Positions 31,622 to 41,713 of a DNA stretch of 64,000 nt are shown piece by piece. Source of the stretch: Synechococcaceae cyanobacterium (GTDB lineage Bacteria > Cyanobacteriota > Cyanobacteriia > PCC-6307 > Cyanobiaceae); assembly GCA_035285905.1 (NCBI GenBank), contig JAYKJA010000008.1, positions 30,728 to 94,727 on the forward strand, given 5' to 3'. A program made the position numbers and the translations under genes. The notes below the pieces were generated by a model. It was not told the DNA's origin. It saw only the letters and a program-made list of their open reading frames with translations, and did not search any database. Position 1 is the first letter of the stretch. Each line of letters opens with the position of its first letter.

Positions 31622-33121
31622 TCAGCCGGCCCGGGCGGGCAGCTGGCGATTGGGGAGGAAATAGGAGGTCTGCCGCAGGCCGGGGTAGCTCATCAGCAGC
31701 CGCAGCAGCGTGCGGGTGCAGGTCAGGGCGGTGAACAGGCTGAGCAGCAGACCGATGGCCAGGGTGACGGCGAAGCCCTTGACCAGACCGGTGCCCAGAA
31801 AGAACAGGGCGGCGCAGCTGATCAGACCGGTGACATGGCCGTCAAAGATCGAGGAGAAGGCCAGGGAGAAGCCCGTGTCGATCGAGCGGATCAACGTGGT
31901 GCCGGTGCGCAGTTCCTCCTTGACCCGCTCGAAGATCAGCACGTTCGCATCGACCGCCATGCCGATCGAGAGGATGAAGCCGGCGATGCCCGGCAGGGTG
32001 AGGGTGACCGGGATCAGGGCGTAGATGGCCAGGTTGAACAGGGCATAGAGGCTCAGGGCCACCACCGAGACGATCCCCGGCAGGCGATAGACCACCACCA
32101 TGAACACCGCCACCAGCGCCAGGCCGGCCAGGGCAGCGGCCAGGCTGGTGCGCACGTTCTCGGCGCCCAGGGACGGGCCGATGGTGCGGACCTCGACGAT
32201 CTTCACCGGCAGGGGGAGGGATCCACCCCGCAGCTGGACCTCCAGGTCGCGGGCCTCATCGGCGCTGAAGCTGCCGCTGATCGTGGCGGCGCCACCGGTG
32301 ATGCCCGCCGCCTGGAATTCGGGGCCGACCGTGGCCTCGCTGATCGAGCGTCCGTCCAGCACGATGCCCAGCAGCCGGCCGGTGCCGGCGATCGACTGGG
32401 TGAGCTGGGCGAATTTCTCGCCGCCCTCCCGGTTGAATCCGAGGGTCACCTCCCAGACATCGGAGTTGGCGTTCTGCTGCCGGCCGGCGCTGGTCAGAGA
32501 CTTACCGGTCAGCAGGGGCGGCCCGTACAGAGCGACGATGCGGCGGTTGGTCTCATCTCGCAGCAGTTCCAGCTGGTCGGTCTCGCTGGTGCCTGGAGGA
32601 ACGGTCAGGCCCAGATCCCGCAGAGCCTGGGCGAGCTGCTCATCGCTGAGCGGGGTGGGCGGCTTGACGGGGGCGGCGTCGGGATCGGCCGGCCGGCGAG
32701 GCTGCCTGGCCGCCAGCAGGGCTTCCACCTGCCGTTTGAGCGGCAGCAGGCCCTTCATCTGCTGCTCGGTGCCCGGGCGCTGGGCCCGGAACTCCAGCAG
32801 GGCCGTGCTGCCCAGCACCTTGGCGGCCCGGGTGGGGTCCTGCTCGCCGGGCAGCTGCAGCACCAGCTGGTCATCGCCCACGGTCTGCAGGGTGGATTCC
32901 GCCACTCCCAGGCCGTTGATGCGGCGCTCCAGCACCTCACGCACCGCCTCGAGCTGCTCCGCATCCACCCTGCGGATGTCACCCGCGGGCATCACCTGCA
33001 GCGTCAGCTGGCTGCCACCGCTGAGGTCGAGGCCGAGGCGCAGTCCGTAGCTGTTGAGCAGCGCCGCCGAGGAGATCGCCAGCGCCAGGATCAGGGCGAG
33101 CCACCCCTGTTGACGTGCCAT
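31622..33121 (-). CDS. secD: protein translocase subunit SecD
   Basis: LGLDLSGG, RINGLGVAE, GMAVDANVLIFERVKEE. Confidence 0.98.
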   Translation of the reverse strand: MARQQGWLALILALAISSAALLNSYGLRLGLDLSGGSQLTLQVMPAGDIRRVDAEQLEAVREVLERRINGLGVAESTLQTVGDDQLVLQLPGEQDPTRAAKVLGSTALLEFRAQRPGTEQQMKGLLPLKRQVEALLAARQPRRPADPDAAPVKPPTPLSDEQLAQALRDLGLTVPPGTSETDQLELLRDETNRRIVALYGPPLLTGKSLTSAGRQQNANSDVWEVTLGFNREGGEKFAQLTQSIAGTGRLLGIVLDGRSISEATVGPEFQAAGITGGAATISGSFSADEARDLEVQLRGGSLPLPVKIVEVRTIGPSLGAENVRTSLAAALAGLALVAVFMVVVYRLPGIVSVVALSLYALFNLAIYALIPVTLTLPGIAGFILSIGMAVDANVLIFERVKEELRTGTTLIRSIDTGFSLAFSSIFDGHVTGLISCAALFFLGTGLVKGFAVTLAIGLLLSLFTALTCTRTLLRLLMSYPGLRQTSYFLPNRQLPARAG

Positions 33122-33124
33122 GGA

Positions 33125-34108
33125 TCAGACCTGCACCTGGTTGAGCTCGAGCGCCGCCGCCACGATCTGGTGGGGCTGAATGATCGTCAGGTTCTCCAGC
33201 TTGCCGTTGTAAGGCGTGGGGATGTCCTGGGAGGAAAGGCGCACGGGCCTGGCGTCGAGGTCATCGAAGCAGTGCTCGGTGATCAGGGCGATCAGCTCGG
33301 CGCCGATGCCGCCGGTCTTCATGCACTCCTCCACCACCAGCACTCGATGGGTCTTGCGGATCGATGCCGTGATGGTCTCGAGATCGAACGGCTTCAGGCT
33401 GATCAGGTCGATCAGCTCCACATCCACCCCCTGCTGAACCAGCTGCTCGACCGCCTTGGTGCAGTGATGGCGCATGCGGGAGTAGGTGAGGATCGTGACA
33501 TCCTTGCCCTCACGGACGACCTCCGCCTTGTCGAGGCGGCAGATGTAGTCGCCCTCGGGGATGTCTTCGGTGAGGTTGTAGAGCAGCACGTGCTCAAAGA
33601 AAAGCACCGGGTTGTCATCACGGATCGCGGCCTTCATCAGACCCTTGGCGTTGGTGGGGGTGCTCACCGCCACGATCTTGATCCCCGGCACGGCATGGAA
33701 GTAGGCCTCCAGCCGCTGGCTGTGCTCCGCTCCGAGCTGGCGCCCCACGCCCCCGGGACCGCGCACCACGGTGGGAATCGTGTAGTTGCCGCCACTGGTG
33801 TAGCGGAGCATGCCCATGTTGTTGGAGATCTGGTTGAACGCCAGCAGCAGGAACCCCATGTTCATGCCCTCGACGATCGGCCGCAGACCGGTCATCGCTG
33901 CACCCACCGCCATGCCGGTGAAGCTGTTCTCGGCGATCGGGGTATCGAGCACCCGCAGCTCACCGTATTTGTCGAAGAGATCCTTGGTGACCTTGTATGA
34001 GCCGCCGTAGTGACCCACGTCCTCACCCATCACGCACACCCGCGGATCACGGGCCATCTCCTCATCGATGGCATCACGCAGGGCGTTGAACAGAAGGGTT
34101 TCGGCCAC
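33125..34108 (-). CDS. pdhB: pyruvate dehydrogenase E1 beta subunit
   Basis: [27 protein letters not shown]; GTG start at 34108. Confidence 0.97.
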   Translation of the reverse strand: MAETLLFNALRDAIDEEMARDPRVCVMGEDVGHYGGSYKVTKDLFDKYGELRVLDTPIAENSFTGMAVGAAMTGLRPIVEGMNMGFLLLAFNQISNNMGMLRYTSGGNYTIPTVVRGPGGVGRQLGAEHSQRLEAYFHAVPGIKIVAVSTPTNAKGLMKAAIRDDNPVLFFEHVLLYNLTEDIPEGDYICRLDKAEVVREGKDVTILTYSRMRHHCTKAVEQLVQQGVDVELIDLISLKPFDLETITASIRKTHRVLVVEECMKTGGIGAELIALITEHCFDDLDARPVRLSSQDIPTPYNGKLENLTIIQPHQIVAAALELNQVQV

Positions 34109-34266
34109 GGGGCGCGTCGGGGCTGAAGGTTCGCGCCAACCTATCTCAGCCCCCGGCTGCAAAGGTGCTGAGCACGAGCACCGAGAGGAGCATGCCGGGA
34201 AGCAGCAGCACCACGAGCAGGCCGAGATCGTGGGGGGTCATGGCTGCAGCAGAACGGACCTCAACA

Positions 34267-34599
34267 CTAGGCAGAACGGGACGGATCAGCCCGACCCCCC
34301 GGCCAGAGGCTGCGCACGAACAGCAGCAGCAGCCCCAGTCCGATGAAGCCGAAGCTGAACGTGGCCAGGAAGCACATGCCCACCAGCAGCGTCTTCAGGG
34401 CGGTGGCGATGCTCTGGGCCACCGCCGCCTGGTAGTGGGGCGGATGGGCGACGTAGTAGCCCACCACCTGACGACTGAGCATCAGGCAGAGCACCCCCAG
34501 CCCCAGGGCGGTCAGCGCCCCGCTGAGGAAGCTGAGAGGTCCCTTGCGCGGGGGCTCCGGCGTGGGGGCGGAGCCGGCTGCGTCGGTTGCGTCTGCCAT
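34267..34599 (-). CDS. DUF3082 family membrane protein
   Basis: PRKGPLSFLSGALT..QSIATALKTLLVGMCFLATF. Confidence 0.82.
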   Translation of the reverse strand: MADATDAAGSAPTPEPPRKGPLSFLSGALTALGLGVLCLMLSRQVVGYYVAHPPHYQAAVAQSIATALKTLLVGMCFLATFSFGFIGLGLLLLFVRSLWPGGRADPSRSA

Positions 34600-34628
34600 C
34601 GGGTCCCTGCCGTCCTCCCAGGCTGCCA

Positions 34629-35645
34629 TCAGGCCTGCAGCGCGGCCTCGGGGGGCGGCGCCTCCTCCTGGTCAATGCCCACCCCCGCCGCGAGGCAGCG
34701 GCAACACCAGGCCTCGAATCCCGCCTGCGTCAGCGGCTCCCGCAGCTGTTCAAGCGCCGCCCCGGCCCGCTCCACATCGGCGAACAGGGCGAACAGGCTG
34801 GGGCCGGAACCGCTCATCGCCGCCGCCAGGACCCCGTCCGCGTCCCGCAGCAGGGCGAGCCCCCGGGACACGCTCTCCACCTCCGGCGCGACGACGCCCT
34901 GCAGGTCGTTGCGCAGCGGTGGCAGGGGAGCCGCCCCCGCCAGGGCCTGCAGCAGCCCCCCCTGCCGCAGGGCCTGCCGGCGCTGCTCGAAGTCGGCCTC
35001 CTCCGTCAGATAGAAGTCCTCCCGCAGCTCCCGGCAGCGGCCGTAGGCCCAGGGCGTCGACACCCGGGCCTCGGGATGCTTGATCAGCAGCACGCCGAAG
35101 CCGGGCGCCCCGGGTGAGGCGGGGGCCTCAAGCCGCTCCCCCCGCCCGAAGCACAGCCGCGTGCCCCCCTCCAGGCAGAACGGCACATCGGACCCGAGGG
35201 CGGCGGCCAGGGCGTGCAGCTCCGCCGAGGGCACCGAGAGCCCCCAGAAGGCATCCAGTCCGACCAGGGCGGCGGCCGCATCGCTGGAGCCGCCGGCCAG
35301 GCCCGCTCCGATCGGGATGCGCTTCTCCAGCTGCAGATCCACCCCCGGCAGCCCCGAACGTCCCCGCTGGGCGGCCCACTGCTGCAGCAGCCGGCCGGCC
35401 CGCAGCACCAGGTTGCTCTCATCCACCTCCAGCCCCGGCCGGTCGCAGGTCAGCCGCAGTTCTCCATCCGGCCGGCCCCGCAGCTCCAGCCGGTCGGCCA
35501 GATCGAGGCTCTGCATCACCATGGCCAGCTCGTGGAAGCCGTCGGGTCGCAGCCCGAGCACCTCCAGGTGCAGATTGATCTTCGCCGGCGCCAGCAGGCG
35601 CAGCGGCGGCGGCGAAGGCGGAAGCGAGCTCATCGGACGGGACAT
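34629..35645 (-). CDS. ispE: 4-diphosphocytidyl-2-C-methyl-D-erythritol kinase
   Basis: [29 protein letters not shown]. Confidence 0.97.
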   Translation of the reverse strand: MSRPMSSLPPSPPPLRLLAPAKINLHLEVLGLRPDGFHELAMVMQSLDLADRLELRGRPDGELRLTCDRPGLEVDESNLVLRAGRLLQQWAAQRGRSGLPGVDLQLEKRIPIGAGLAGGSSDAAAALVGLDAFWGLSVPSAELHALAAALGSDVPFCLEGGTRLCFGRGERLEAPASPGAPGFGVLLIKHPEARVSTPWAYGRCRELREDFYLTEEADFEQRRQALRQGGLLQALAGAAPLPPLRNDLQGVVAPEVESVSRGLALLRDADGVLAAAMSGSGPSLFALFADVERAGAALEQLREPLTQAGFEAWCCRCLAAGVGIDQEEAPPPEAALQA

Positions 35646-36538
35646 CAGACGGGAGCCGCCGGGGCGGTCGCCTCATCTTGCGCTCCGGTCTGGACCGGCG
35701 GTTCCTCTCCGGCCTCAGCGGACGCCCTCAGCTCCCGCTCCAGCGCCAGCCAGCCCTCCACCGGCACGTCCTGCGGACGCCAGCTCAGGTCAACCGCCGC
35801 CGCTGCCGCCGCCTCCACCAGGGCCTCCGGGGGCAGCAGACCGGTGAGCGAGTTGCGCAGCATCTTGCGGCGTGAGGCAAAACAGCGCCGCAGCAGCTGA
35901 TCCAGCCGCCGGGCCACCGCCGGCTCCAGGGCCTCGCTCGGCGGGCGCGGTTCCAGCACGATCACCTCCGACATCACTTTCGGCGGTGGACGGAAACAGC
36001 GGGGAGGCACGGCACAGACCCGCTGGCAGCGGGCCAGCAGCGCCATGCGCACCGTGAGGGCGGAGAAGGCGCTGTGGCCGGCGGGCGCCGTGATCCGCTC
36101 CCCCACCTCCTGCTGCACCAGCAGCACCAGCCGCCGGAACGGCTGCGCCACGGGACGCTCCAGCCGCCCCACCAGCCGCTCCAGCAGCGGGCCTGTGATG
36201 TTGTAGGGGATGTTGGCCACCACCTTGTCCGGCAGCGAGCCGTGCGGGGTCTCCAGCGGCGCTTCCAGACCATCCCCCTCCACCAGGTGGAAGCGGGGAT
36301 CGGCACCGAAGCGCTGGCGCAGGCCAGCGATCAGGTCGCGGTCCAGCTCCACGGCCACCAGGCCGGCGGCCTCAGAGGCCAGCAGCCGTTCGGTCAGGGC
36401 ACCGCGGCCCGGCCCCACCTCCAGCAGCCACTCCCCCGGTTGGATCTGCGCCGCCGCCACGATCCGCTCCAGTACCGCCTCATCCACCAGCCAGTGCTGG
36501 CCGAAGCGTTTGCGGGTCCGATGCCGGGCGAAGTCCAT
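35645..36538 (-). CDS. rsmA: 16S rRNA dimethyladenosine transferase
   Basis: [33 protein letters not shown]. Confidence 0.97.
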   Translation of the reverse strand: MDFARHRTRKRFGQHWLVDEAVLERIVAAAQIQPGEWLLEVGPGRGALTERLLASEAAGLVAVELDRDLIAGLRQRFGADPRFHLVEGDGLEAPLETPHGSLPDKVVANIPYNITGPLLERLVGRLERPVAQPFRRLVLLVQQEVGERITAPAGHSAFSALTVRMALLARCQRVCAVPPRCFRPPPKVMSEVIVLEPRPPSEALEPAVARRLDQLLRRCFASRRKMLRNSLTGLLPPEALVEAAAAAAVDLSWRPQDVPVEGWLALERELRASAEAGEEPPVQTGAQDEATAPAAPV

Positions 36539-36618
36539 GCCAACCGCTGCGGTCCTCTCCAGATTGCTGCGTGGCCGGGAGGGTGCGGCTAGACCGGGAC
36601 CTGGACTCTCCCTGCCCC

Positions 36619-36942
36619 ATGGCTGCCATCTTCCGGGCCGGCCAGCGCGCCTCCCTGGCCTCGGGCCCCCGATGCGCCAGCTGGCTGGCTGCGGTGCTGC
36701 TGCTGCCCACCGCCCTGCTGGCCTCCCTGCCGGCTGCCGCCGGCAGCGTCACGGCCGAATCGATCTGGGACCGCCGCAACGCCCGCCAGATGGCCCTGCA
36801 GCAGATTCCCCGCGGCTCCCGCATCCTGCGCAGCCGCTGCACCGACATCGGCATCTCCACCGGAGACTGGCGCTATCGCTGCACCGTCTGGTACGAGCCG
36901 CCGGCTCCGGCACCGGACTCCAGCGCGCCTGCTATGCCCTGA
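36619..36942 (+). CDS. hypothetical secreted protein
   Basis: Signal-peptide-like N-terminus, compact domain with two Cys (RC...YRCTVWY). Confidence 0.7.
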   Translation: MAAIFRAGQRASLASGPRCASWLAAVLLLPTALLASLPAAAGSVTAESIWDRRNARQMALQQIPRGSRILRSRCTDIGISTGDWRYRCTVWYEPPAPAPDSSAPAMP

Positions 36943-36980
36943 TCGCTCCAGTCGGGCCTCGGGAGCGTGGTGCAACCGGC

Positions 36981-37361
36981 TCACTCCAGCAGGCGCACCC
37001 AGCGCACAGCCTCCCGGGATGGCGGCAGCGGCACCAGTGCCGCCACCAGCTCGATGCTGGCTTCGCCCCAGTGGGGATGCAGCGCCAGCCAGCAATGGCA
37101 GCAGCGGATCAGCCGGCGGCGCTTCGCCGGGCCGATCGCCGCCAGGCCGTGACCGTCCGGGCCGCAGCAGCGCCTGCCCTTGACCTCCACCAGCAGCAAC
37201 CGCTGCGGCTTGGCCAGCACCAGGTCGAGCTCACCCCAGCGACAGCGCCAGTTGCGGGCCTCCAGGCTCCAGCCGCGGTTGCGCAACAGCCGCAGGGCGC
37301 GCTGTTCCGCCCAGAGCCCCCCGCGTTGGCTTCTCGTCCTGGCCACGGGCTTCTCCGCCAC
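36981..37361 (-). CDS. YraN family protein (UPF0102)
   Basis: G..AE, RNWRCRWGELDLV, VEVK. Confidence 0.9.
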   Translation of the reverse strand: MAEKPVARTRSQRGGLWAEQRALRLLRNRGWSLEARNWRCRWGELDLVLAKPQRLLLVEVKGRRCCGPDGHGLAAIGPAKRRRLIRCCHCWLALHPHWGEASIELVAALVPLPPSREAVRWVRLLE

Positions 37362-37456
37362 CCTGAGCCTGAGGATTCCCCGAGGGGGACCTGCCGGTCC
37401 GCGAGACCCGAACCCCCAGGCCGCCCCTAGGTTGGGAGCGGCCCTCCCCTGTCGCC

Positions 37457-37963
37457 ATGGTCCCTGTCCGGTCCCTGCCTCCGCGGCCCCTGCGCTGGCT
37501 GTCGCTGGCGCTGCTGATGCTGCTGCTGGGCACCGCCTGGACGGCCCCGGCCCAGGCGGCGATGGACTACGCCAAGCAGGTGCTGATCGGCGCCGACTTC
37601 CATGCCGCCGATCTGCGCGGCGTCACCTTCAACCTCACGAACCTGCGCGACGCCGACCTGTCCGAATCCGACCTGCGCGGCGCCAGCCTGTTCGGGGCCA
37701 AGCTGCAGGACGCCGACCTGCACGGTGCGGACCTGCGCGAGGCCACGCTGGATTCGGCCATGTTCCAGGGCACCGACCTGCGCCAGGCCCGCCTGGATGA
37801 CGCCTTCGCCTTCAACACCCGCTTCATCGACGTGCGCATCGACGGGGCCGACTTCACCAACGTCAGCCTGAGGGCCGACGCCCAGCGCAGCCTCTGTGCC
37901 ATCGCCAGCGGCCGTAATGCCGCCAGCGGCCGGGACACCCGCAGCACCCTGGATTGCCCCTGA
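37457..37963 (+). CDS. pentapeptide repeat protein with signal peptide
   Basis: A(D/N)Lxx repeats; C-terminal LC..ASG.N...T..TL.C. Confidence 0.92.
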   Translation: MVPVRSLPPRPLRWLSLALLMLLLGTAWTAPAQAAMDYAKQVLIGADFHAADLRGVTFNLTNLRDADLSESDLRGASLFGAKLQDADLHGADLREATLDSAMFQGTDLRQARLDDAFAFNTRFIDVRIDGADFTNVSLRADAQRSLCAIASGRNAASGRDTRSTLDCP

Positions 37964-37965
37964 CG

Positions 37966-38394
37966 ATGAGCCTCGATCCCCGCAGTCGCGAGCGACTGGC
38001 GGCCCTGGGCCGCACGCTCCCCCAGAAGCTGCCCTCCCCGGCGGCACCCTCCGCGCCGGACCCTCTCCCCGCCGAGGCCGGGGCCAGACTCCACCGCGTC
38101 GAAACCGAACAGGATCCCGACGCCCTGTTCCATGAGCTGATGCGGGCCAGCAGCGACGGCACCGTGCCGCCCCACCTGCTCGAGCGTCTGCGCGAACTCG
38201 AACAGCGGCGTCCAGCCAGCGCCTCCCCCCAGGCTGCTGCCGTGATGTCCGTCAACGGCGGCCCCACCACCACGCCGCAGCGGCGCTCCCAGCCCGCCCG
38301 CGGGGCGACGCCCCCGCGGCGACGCGGCACCGATCCGGAACAGCAGGCCCTTTATTCCGCGTTCCAGGAGCTGCTGCTCGACGAAGATCCCTAG
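37966..38394 (+). CDS. hypothetical protein
   Basis: Starts 2 nt after the previous stop; HRVETEQDPDALFHELM, LYSAFQELLLDE. Confidence 0.75.
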   Translation: MSLDPRSRERLAALGRTLPQKLPSPAAPSAPDPLPAEAGARLHRVETEQDPDALFHELMRASSDGTVPPHLLERLRELEQRRPASASPQAAAVMSVNGGPTTTPQRRSQPARGATPPRRRGTDPEQQALYSAFQELLLDEDP

Positions 38395-38863
38395 GAAAGC
38401 CCTGGAGATCCCCTCAGCTGCACCCCTGGGAGCGCGTCGCTCCCTGTTTCCCCAAGGGGCTGCTCCCATCGCCGACTTCTTGGCCAGGCCTTCCACAGGC
38501 ATTCGCCGCACCACTTCGGCAACCCCCAGCCCGAGCGGACTCCCCCGCCCCTGGACCGGGCAGCGACCGGTTTCCCTGGCCCGCTCGCAGGCCTGATCCG
38601 GCCGTGAGCGGGTCTTCAGCAGGCGCTGGGACGATCCCCAGCCCGGCTCCAGTCCACCCGCAGCTGCCCCTGGGATCGCTGGCCCCCATCCGGCCGAGCG
38701 GCGGGAGCCATCGCAGGATCCCGTGGCGTTCGCCGAACATCCCCTTGGCCTTCGCCCGACACCGGCCACCGCGGCCCAGCGGCGCGATCCCCTGCCATCC
38801 GGACTCCTCATCCGGCTTCGATGGTCAGCTGCGCCTGGATGCGCGGCCCTCAGCTCACCCGGC

Positions 38864-38877
38864 AGTACGCCTATACT
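38864..38877 (+). promoter_or_regulatory. LexA-like (SOS) box overlapping the -10 of umuD
   Basis: AGTAC-GCCT-ATACT, one mismatch to AGTAC-N4-GTACT; contains TATACT. Confidence 0.7.
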
Positions 38878-38899
38878 ATCGAGCCCTGCTTACTGCCGC

Positions 38900-39205
38900 G
38901 TCGACCTGCATCGCCTGCTGATCCCCCGGCCGGAGCGCACCCTGCTGCTGCGGGTGAGCGGTGAGTCCATGCTCGGCGCCGGCATCGCCAGCGGCGACCT
39001 CCTGGTGGTGGAGCGCACCTCCCTGCCCCAGGCCGGCCAGATCGTGGTGGCCCTGCTGGCCGATGGATTCACCCTCAAGCGCCTGGCGCGCCGCGGTGAT
39101 CGCTGGTGGCTGGAGGCCGCTCACCCCGGCTATCCGGCCCTGCCGCTCGCCCACCGGAGCGACCGGATCTTCGGCGCGGTCCGCCACGTGATCCGCCACC
39201 TCTGA
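38900..39205 (+). CDS. umuD: UmuD-like S24 peptidase lacking the N-terminal cleavage arm
   Basis: DL..LI..P..T.LLRVSGESM (Ser), GDLLVV, FTLKRL (Lys); upstream of umuC; start unresolved (frame open from 38723). Confidence 0.82.
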   Translation, partial: VDLHRLLIPRPERTLLLRVSGESMLGAGIASGDLLVVERTSLPQAGQIVVALLADGFTLKRLARRGDRWWLEAAHPGYPALPLAHRSDRIFGAVRHVIRHL

Positions 39206-39227
39206 ACCGCCCGCCCACTGCGCCGGC

Positions 39228-39241
39228 AGTACAGTTGAACC
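39228..39241 (+). promoter_or_regulatory. second LexA-like box before umuC
   Basis: AGTAC-AGTT-GAACC; shares ccggcAGTAC with the umuD box. Confidence 0.55.
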
Positions 39242-39259
39242 ATTCGCCGCCGCTGGGGC

Positions 39260-40555
39260 ATGGCGCCGGTCACCGTGCTCATCGACGGCAACAACTTCTA
39301 CGCCTCCTGCGAGGCCCTGCTCGATCCCACGGTGGTCGGCCGGCCCCTGGTGGTGCTCTCCAACAACGACGGCTGCATCGTCTCCCGCAGCCGCGAAGCC
39401 CGGGCCCTCGGCATCCCGATGGGGGTCCCCTACTTCCAGATCGCCCAGCAGCTGCAACGCCAGGGCGTGGTCGTGCGCAGCTCCAACTACGCCCTCTATG
39501 CCGACATGAGCCAACGGCTGATGACGGTGCTCGAGCAGTGGGTGGAGGAGTTGGAGATCTACTCGATCGATGAGGCCTTCGGTCGTCTGCAGGCCCCGCG
39601 CCCCCGCCCGGGCGACCCGGCTGATCTGAGCGACTGGGGGCAGCGCCTGCGGGCTGACGTGCGGCGGCGGCTCGGCCTGCCGGTGGCCGTCGGCATCGCA
39701 CCCAGCAAGGTGCTGTCCAAGATCGCCAACCGCATCGCCAAGGGGGACCCCGTGCATCGCGGCGTGTTCGACCTGCACGCCGTCGCCGTGCACGACCCCT
39801 GGCTGGCCGCGATCCCGGTGGAGGACATCTGGGGCATCGGCCGGCGGCTGTCGCGCTGGTGCCGCCTGCGGGGCATCAGCACGGCCCTGGATCTGCGCGA
39901 CCGGCCGATGGGTGAACTGCGGCAACGCTGCGGCGTGGTGGGGGTGCGGTTGCAGCAGGAGCTGCGCGGCCAGGCCTGTCTGCCCCTGATCCGCGTCCCC
40001 CCCGCCAAACGCGAGACCTGCGTCAGCCGCAGCTTCGGCACACCGATCCACAGCCTGGAGGAGCTGCGCCAGGCCGTAGCCACCTACCTCAGCCGGGCAG
40101 CGGAGAAGCTGCGCCGGCAGGGACAGCTGGCCGGCTCGATCACGGTGTTCGTGCGCAGCAACCCCTTCGACGGCACGGTTCTGGTGGCCGAAGCGGCCAG
40201 CGTGCAGCTGCCGCTGCCCAGCAATGACACGGGCACCCTGCTGCAGGCCGCCCTGCCTCTCACCCAGCGGCTGTACCGCCACCGCAGGCCCCTGCACAAG
40301 GCCGGCGTCGTGCTGCGCGATCTGCAGGGCGACGACCGGCTGCAGCAGCACCTGCTGGTGCCCCTGCCGGTGGAGCAGCGCCGGCGGCGGGAACGGCTGA
40401 TGGCCGCGATCGATGCGCTCAACCAGCGCTATGGCCGCGGCACCGTGCAGTGGGCCGCCTGTGGCCTGCAGCCGCGCTGGCGGATGCGTCGCTCACGCCT
40501 CTCCGGCTCCGCCACCACCCGGCTCGGGGACATCCCCGTGGCGCACTGCAGCTGA
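39260..40555 (+). CDS. umuC: Y-family DNA polymerase V subunit UmuC
   Basis: DGNNFYASCE, VLSNNDGC, YSIDEAF, C-terminal W.MRR..LS...TT. Confidence 0.96.
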   Translation: MAPVTVLIDGNNFYASCEALLDPTVVGRPLVVLSNNDGCIVSRSREARALGIPMGVPYFQIAQQLQRQGVVVRSSNYALYADMSQRLMTVLEQWVEELEIYSIDEAFGRLQAPRPRPGDPADLSDWGQRLRADVRRRLGLPVAVGIAPSKVLSKIANRIAKGDPVHRGVFDLHAVAVHDPWLAAIPVEDIWGIGRRLSRWCRLRGISTALDLRDRPMGELRQRCGVVGVRLQQELRGQACLPLIRVPPAKRETCVSRSFGTPIHSLEELRQAVATYLSRAAEKLRRQGQLAGSITVFVRSNPFDGTVLVAEAASVQLPLPSNDTGTLLQAALPLTQRLYRHRRPLHKAGVVLRDLQGDDRLQQHLLVPLPVEQRRRRERLMAAIDALNQRYGRGTVQWAACGLQPRWRMRRSRLSGSATTRLGDIPVAHCS

Positions 40556-40583
40556 GCGGGTCGGGAGGCGCAAGCCGGGGGCA

Positions 40584-41582
40584 TCAGGGTTCGGAGAACA
40601 GGCAGGCGATCTGGTTGCGCCCGTTGCCCTTGGCCAGCTGCAGCGCCTGGTCGGCGCGCGACAGCAGCTGCAGGAAGGAGTCATCCCGCGGCGTGAGGGC
40701 CGTCAGACCGCCGCTGATGTGCAGCTGGAACTCGGAACGGGAATGCACCCCATGCATCTGACCGACGGCGCTGCGCAGCTGTTCGGCCAGGACGAGGGCA
40801 TCGCTGGAGTTCATGCCGACCAGCAGCAGGCCGAACTGCCCGTCACCGATGCGACCGGCGTAGTCCTGCTCACGCAGAAAGCCGCGGCTGAGGCGTGACA
40901 GATCCTGCAGCAGGGCATCGCCGGCGTGGTGTCCCCAGCGGATGTTGATCTGGTTGAAATTGTCGAGATCAAAACAGAGCAGGCTGAGGTCCTGGTGGTC
41001 CTGCCGGGCCCGGTTGAATTCGCGCTGCCCGATCGAGAGGAAGGCGTGCCGCGTCGGCAGGCCGGTGATGGGGCAGAGATGGGCCAGCCGGCGCAGCTCC
41101 AGCTCACGCATCACCAGTTCGCCCAACCAGCGAAGCTGGCAGCGCTGGCTCTCATCGAGGGTCGGGCGGGGCTGGCGGTCAATCACGCAGAAGGAGCCGA
41201 GATTGTGGCCGTGGCTGCTGCGCAGGGGCGCGCCGGCATAGAAGCGGACGTGGGGGTCCCCCAGCACCAGCGGGTTGGTGGCGAAGCGCTCGTCGTTGAG
41301 GGCATCGGGAATCACGAACAGATCGTCGCCGGCGATCGCATGGGCGCAGAAAGCCCTGTCCCGGGGGGTTTCCTGCACCTCCAGACCCTGCTGGGACAGG
41401 AACCATTGGCGGTTCGCCTCGACCAGCGAAATCACGGCGATCGGGGTGTGAAAGATCGAGGCGGCCAGATTGACGATGCGCTCGAAATGCTGATCGCTGG
41501 CCAGGCCGATGATGCCGTAGCGCTCGAGGTCACGCAGGCGCTGCTCCTCATCGACGGGGATGGGGTAATCGGGATAGGCCAT
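40584..41582 (-). CDS. GAF-GGDEF protein with degenerate active site
   Basis: GAF (FCAHAI, RFYAGAPL); GGDEF domain with GDGQF and RxxD; AKGNGRNQ. Confidence 0.9.
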   Translation of the reverse strand: MAYPDYPIPVDEEQRLRDLERYGIIGLASDQHFERIVNLAASIFHTPIAVISLVEANRQWFLSQQGLEVQETPRDRAFCAHAIAGDDLFVIPDALNDERFATNPLVLGDPHVRFYAGAPLRSSHGHNLGSFCVIDRQPRPTLDESQRCQLRWLGELVMRELELRRLAHLCPITGLPTRHAFLSIGQREFNRARQDHQDLSLLCFDLDNFNQINIRWGHHAGDALLQDLSRLSRGFLREQDYAGRIGDGQFGLLLVGMNSSDALVLAEQLRSAVGQMHGVHSRSEFQLHISGGLTALTPRDDSFLQLLSRADQALQLAKGNGRNQIACLFSEP

Positions 41583-41713
41583 GGCATGCACCGGCGCATG
41601 GGAAAACGCTAGGCCCGGGCCGACCCACCCCGGACGGATCGTGCATGAGCGCCACAGACAGGAGCAGCGTGCGGCCACCGCCTGAGCGGCGCCATGGCGC
41701 TGTCGGGGGAAGC

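Noticed and set aside
38446-38497. DnaA-box-like GTTTCCCCA and CCTTCCACA
   Set aside because: Two mismatches each to TTTTCCACA, no cluster and no AT-rich unwinding element
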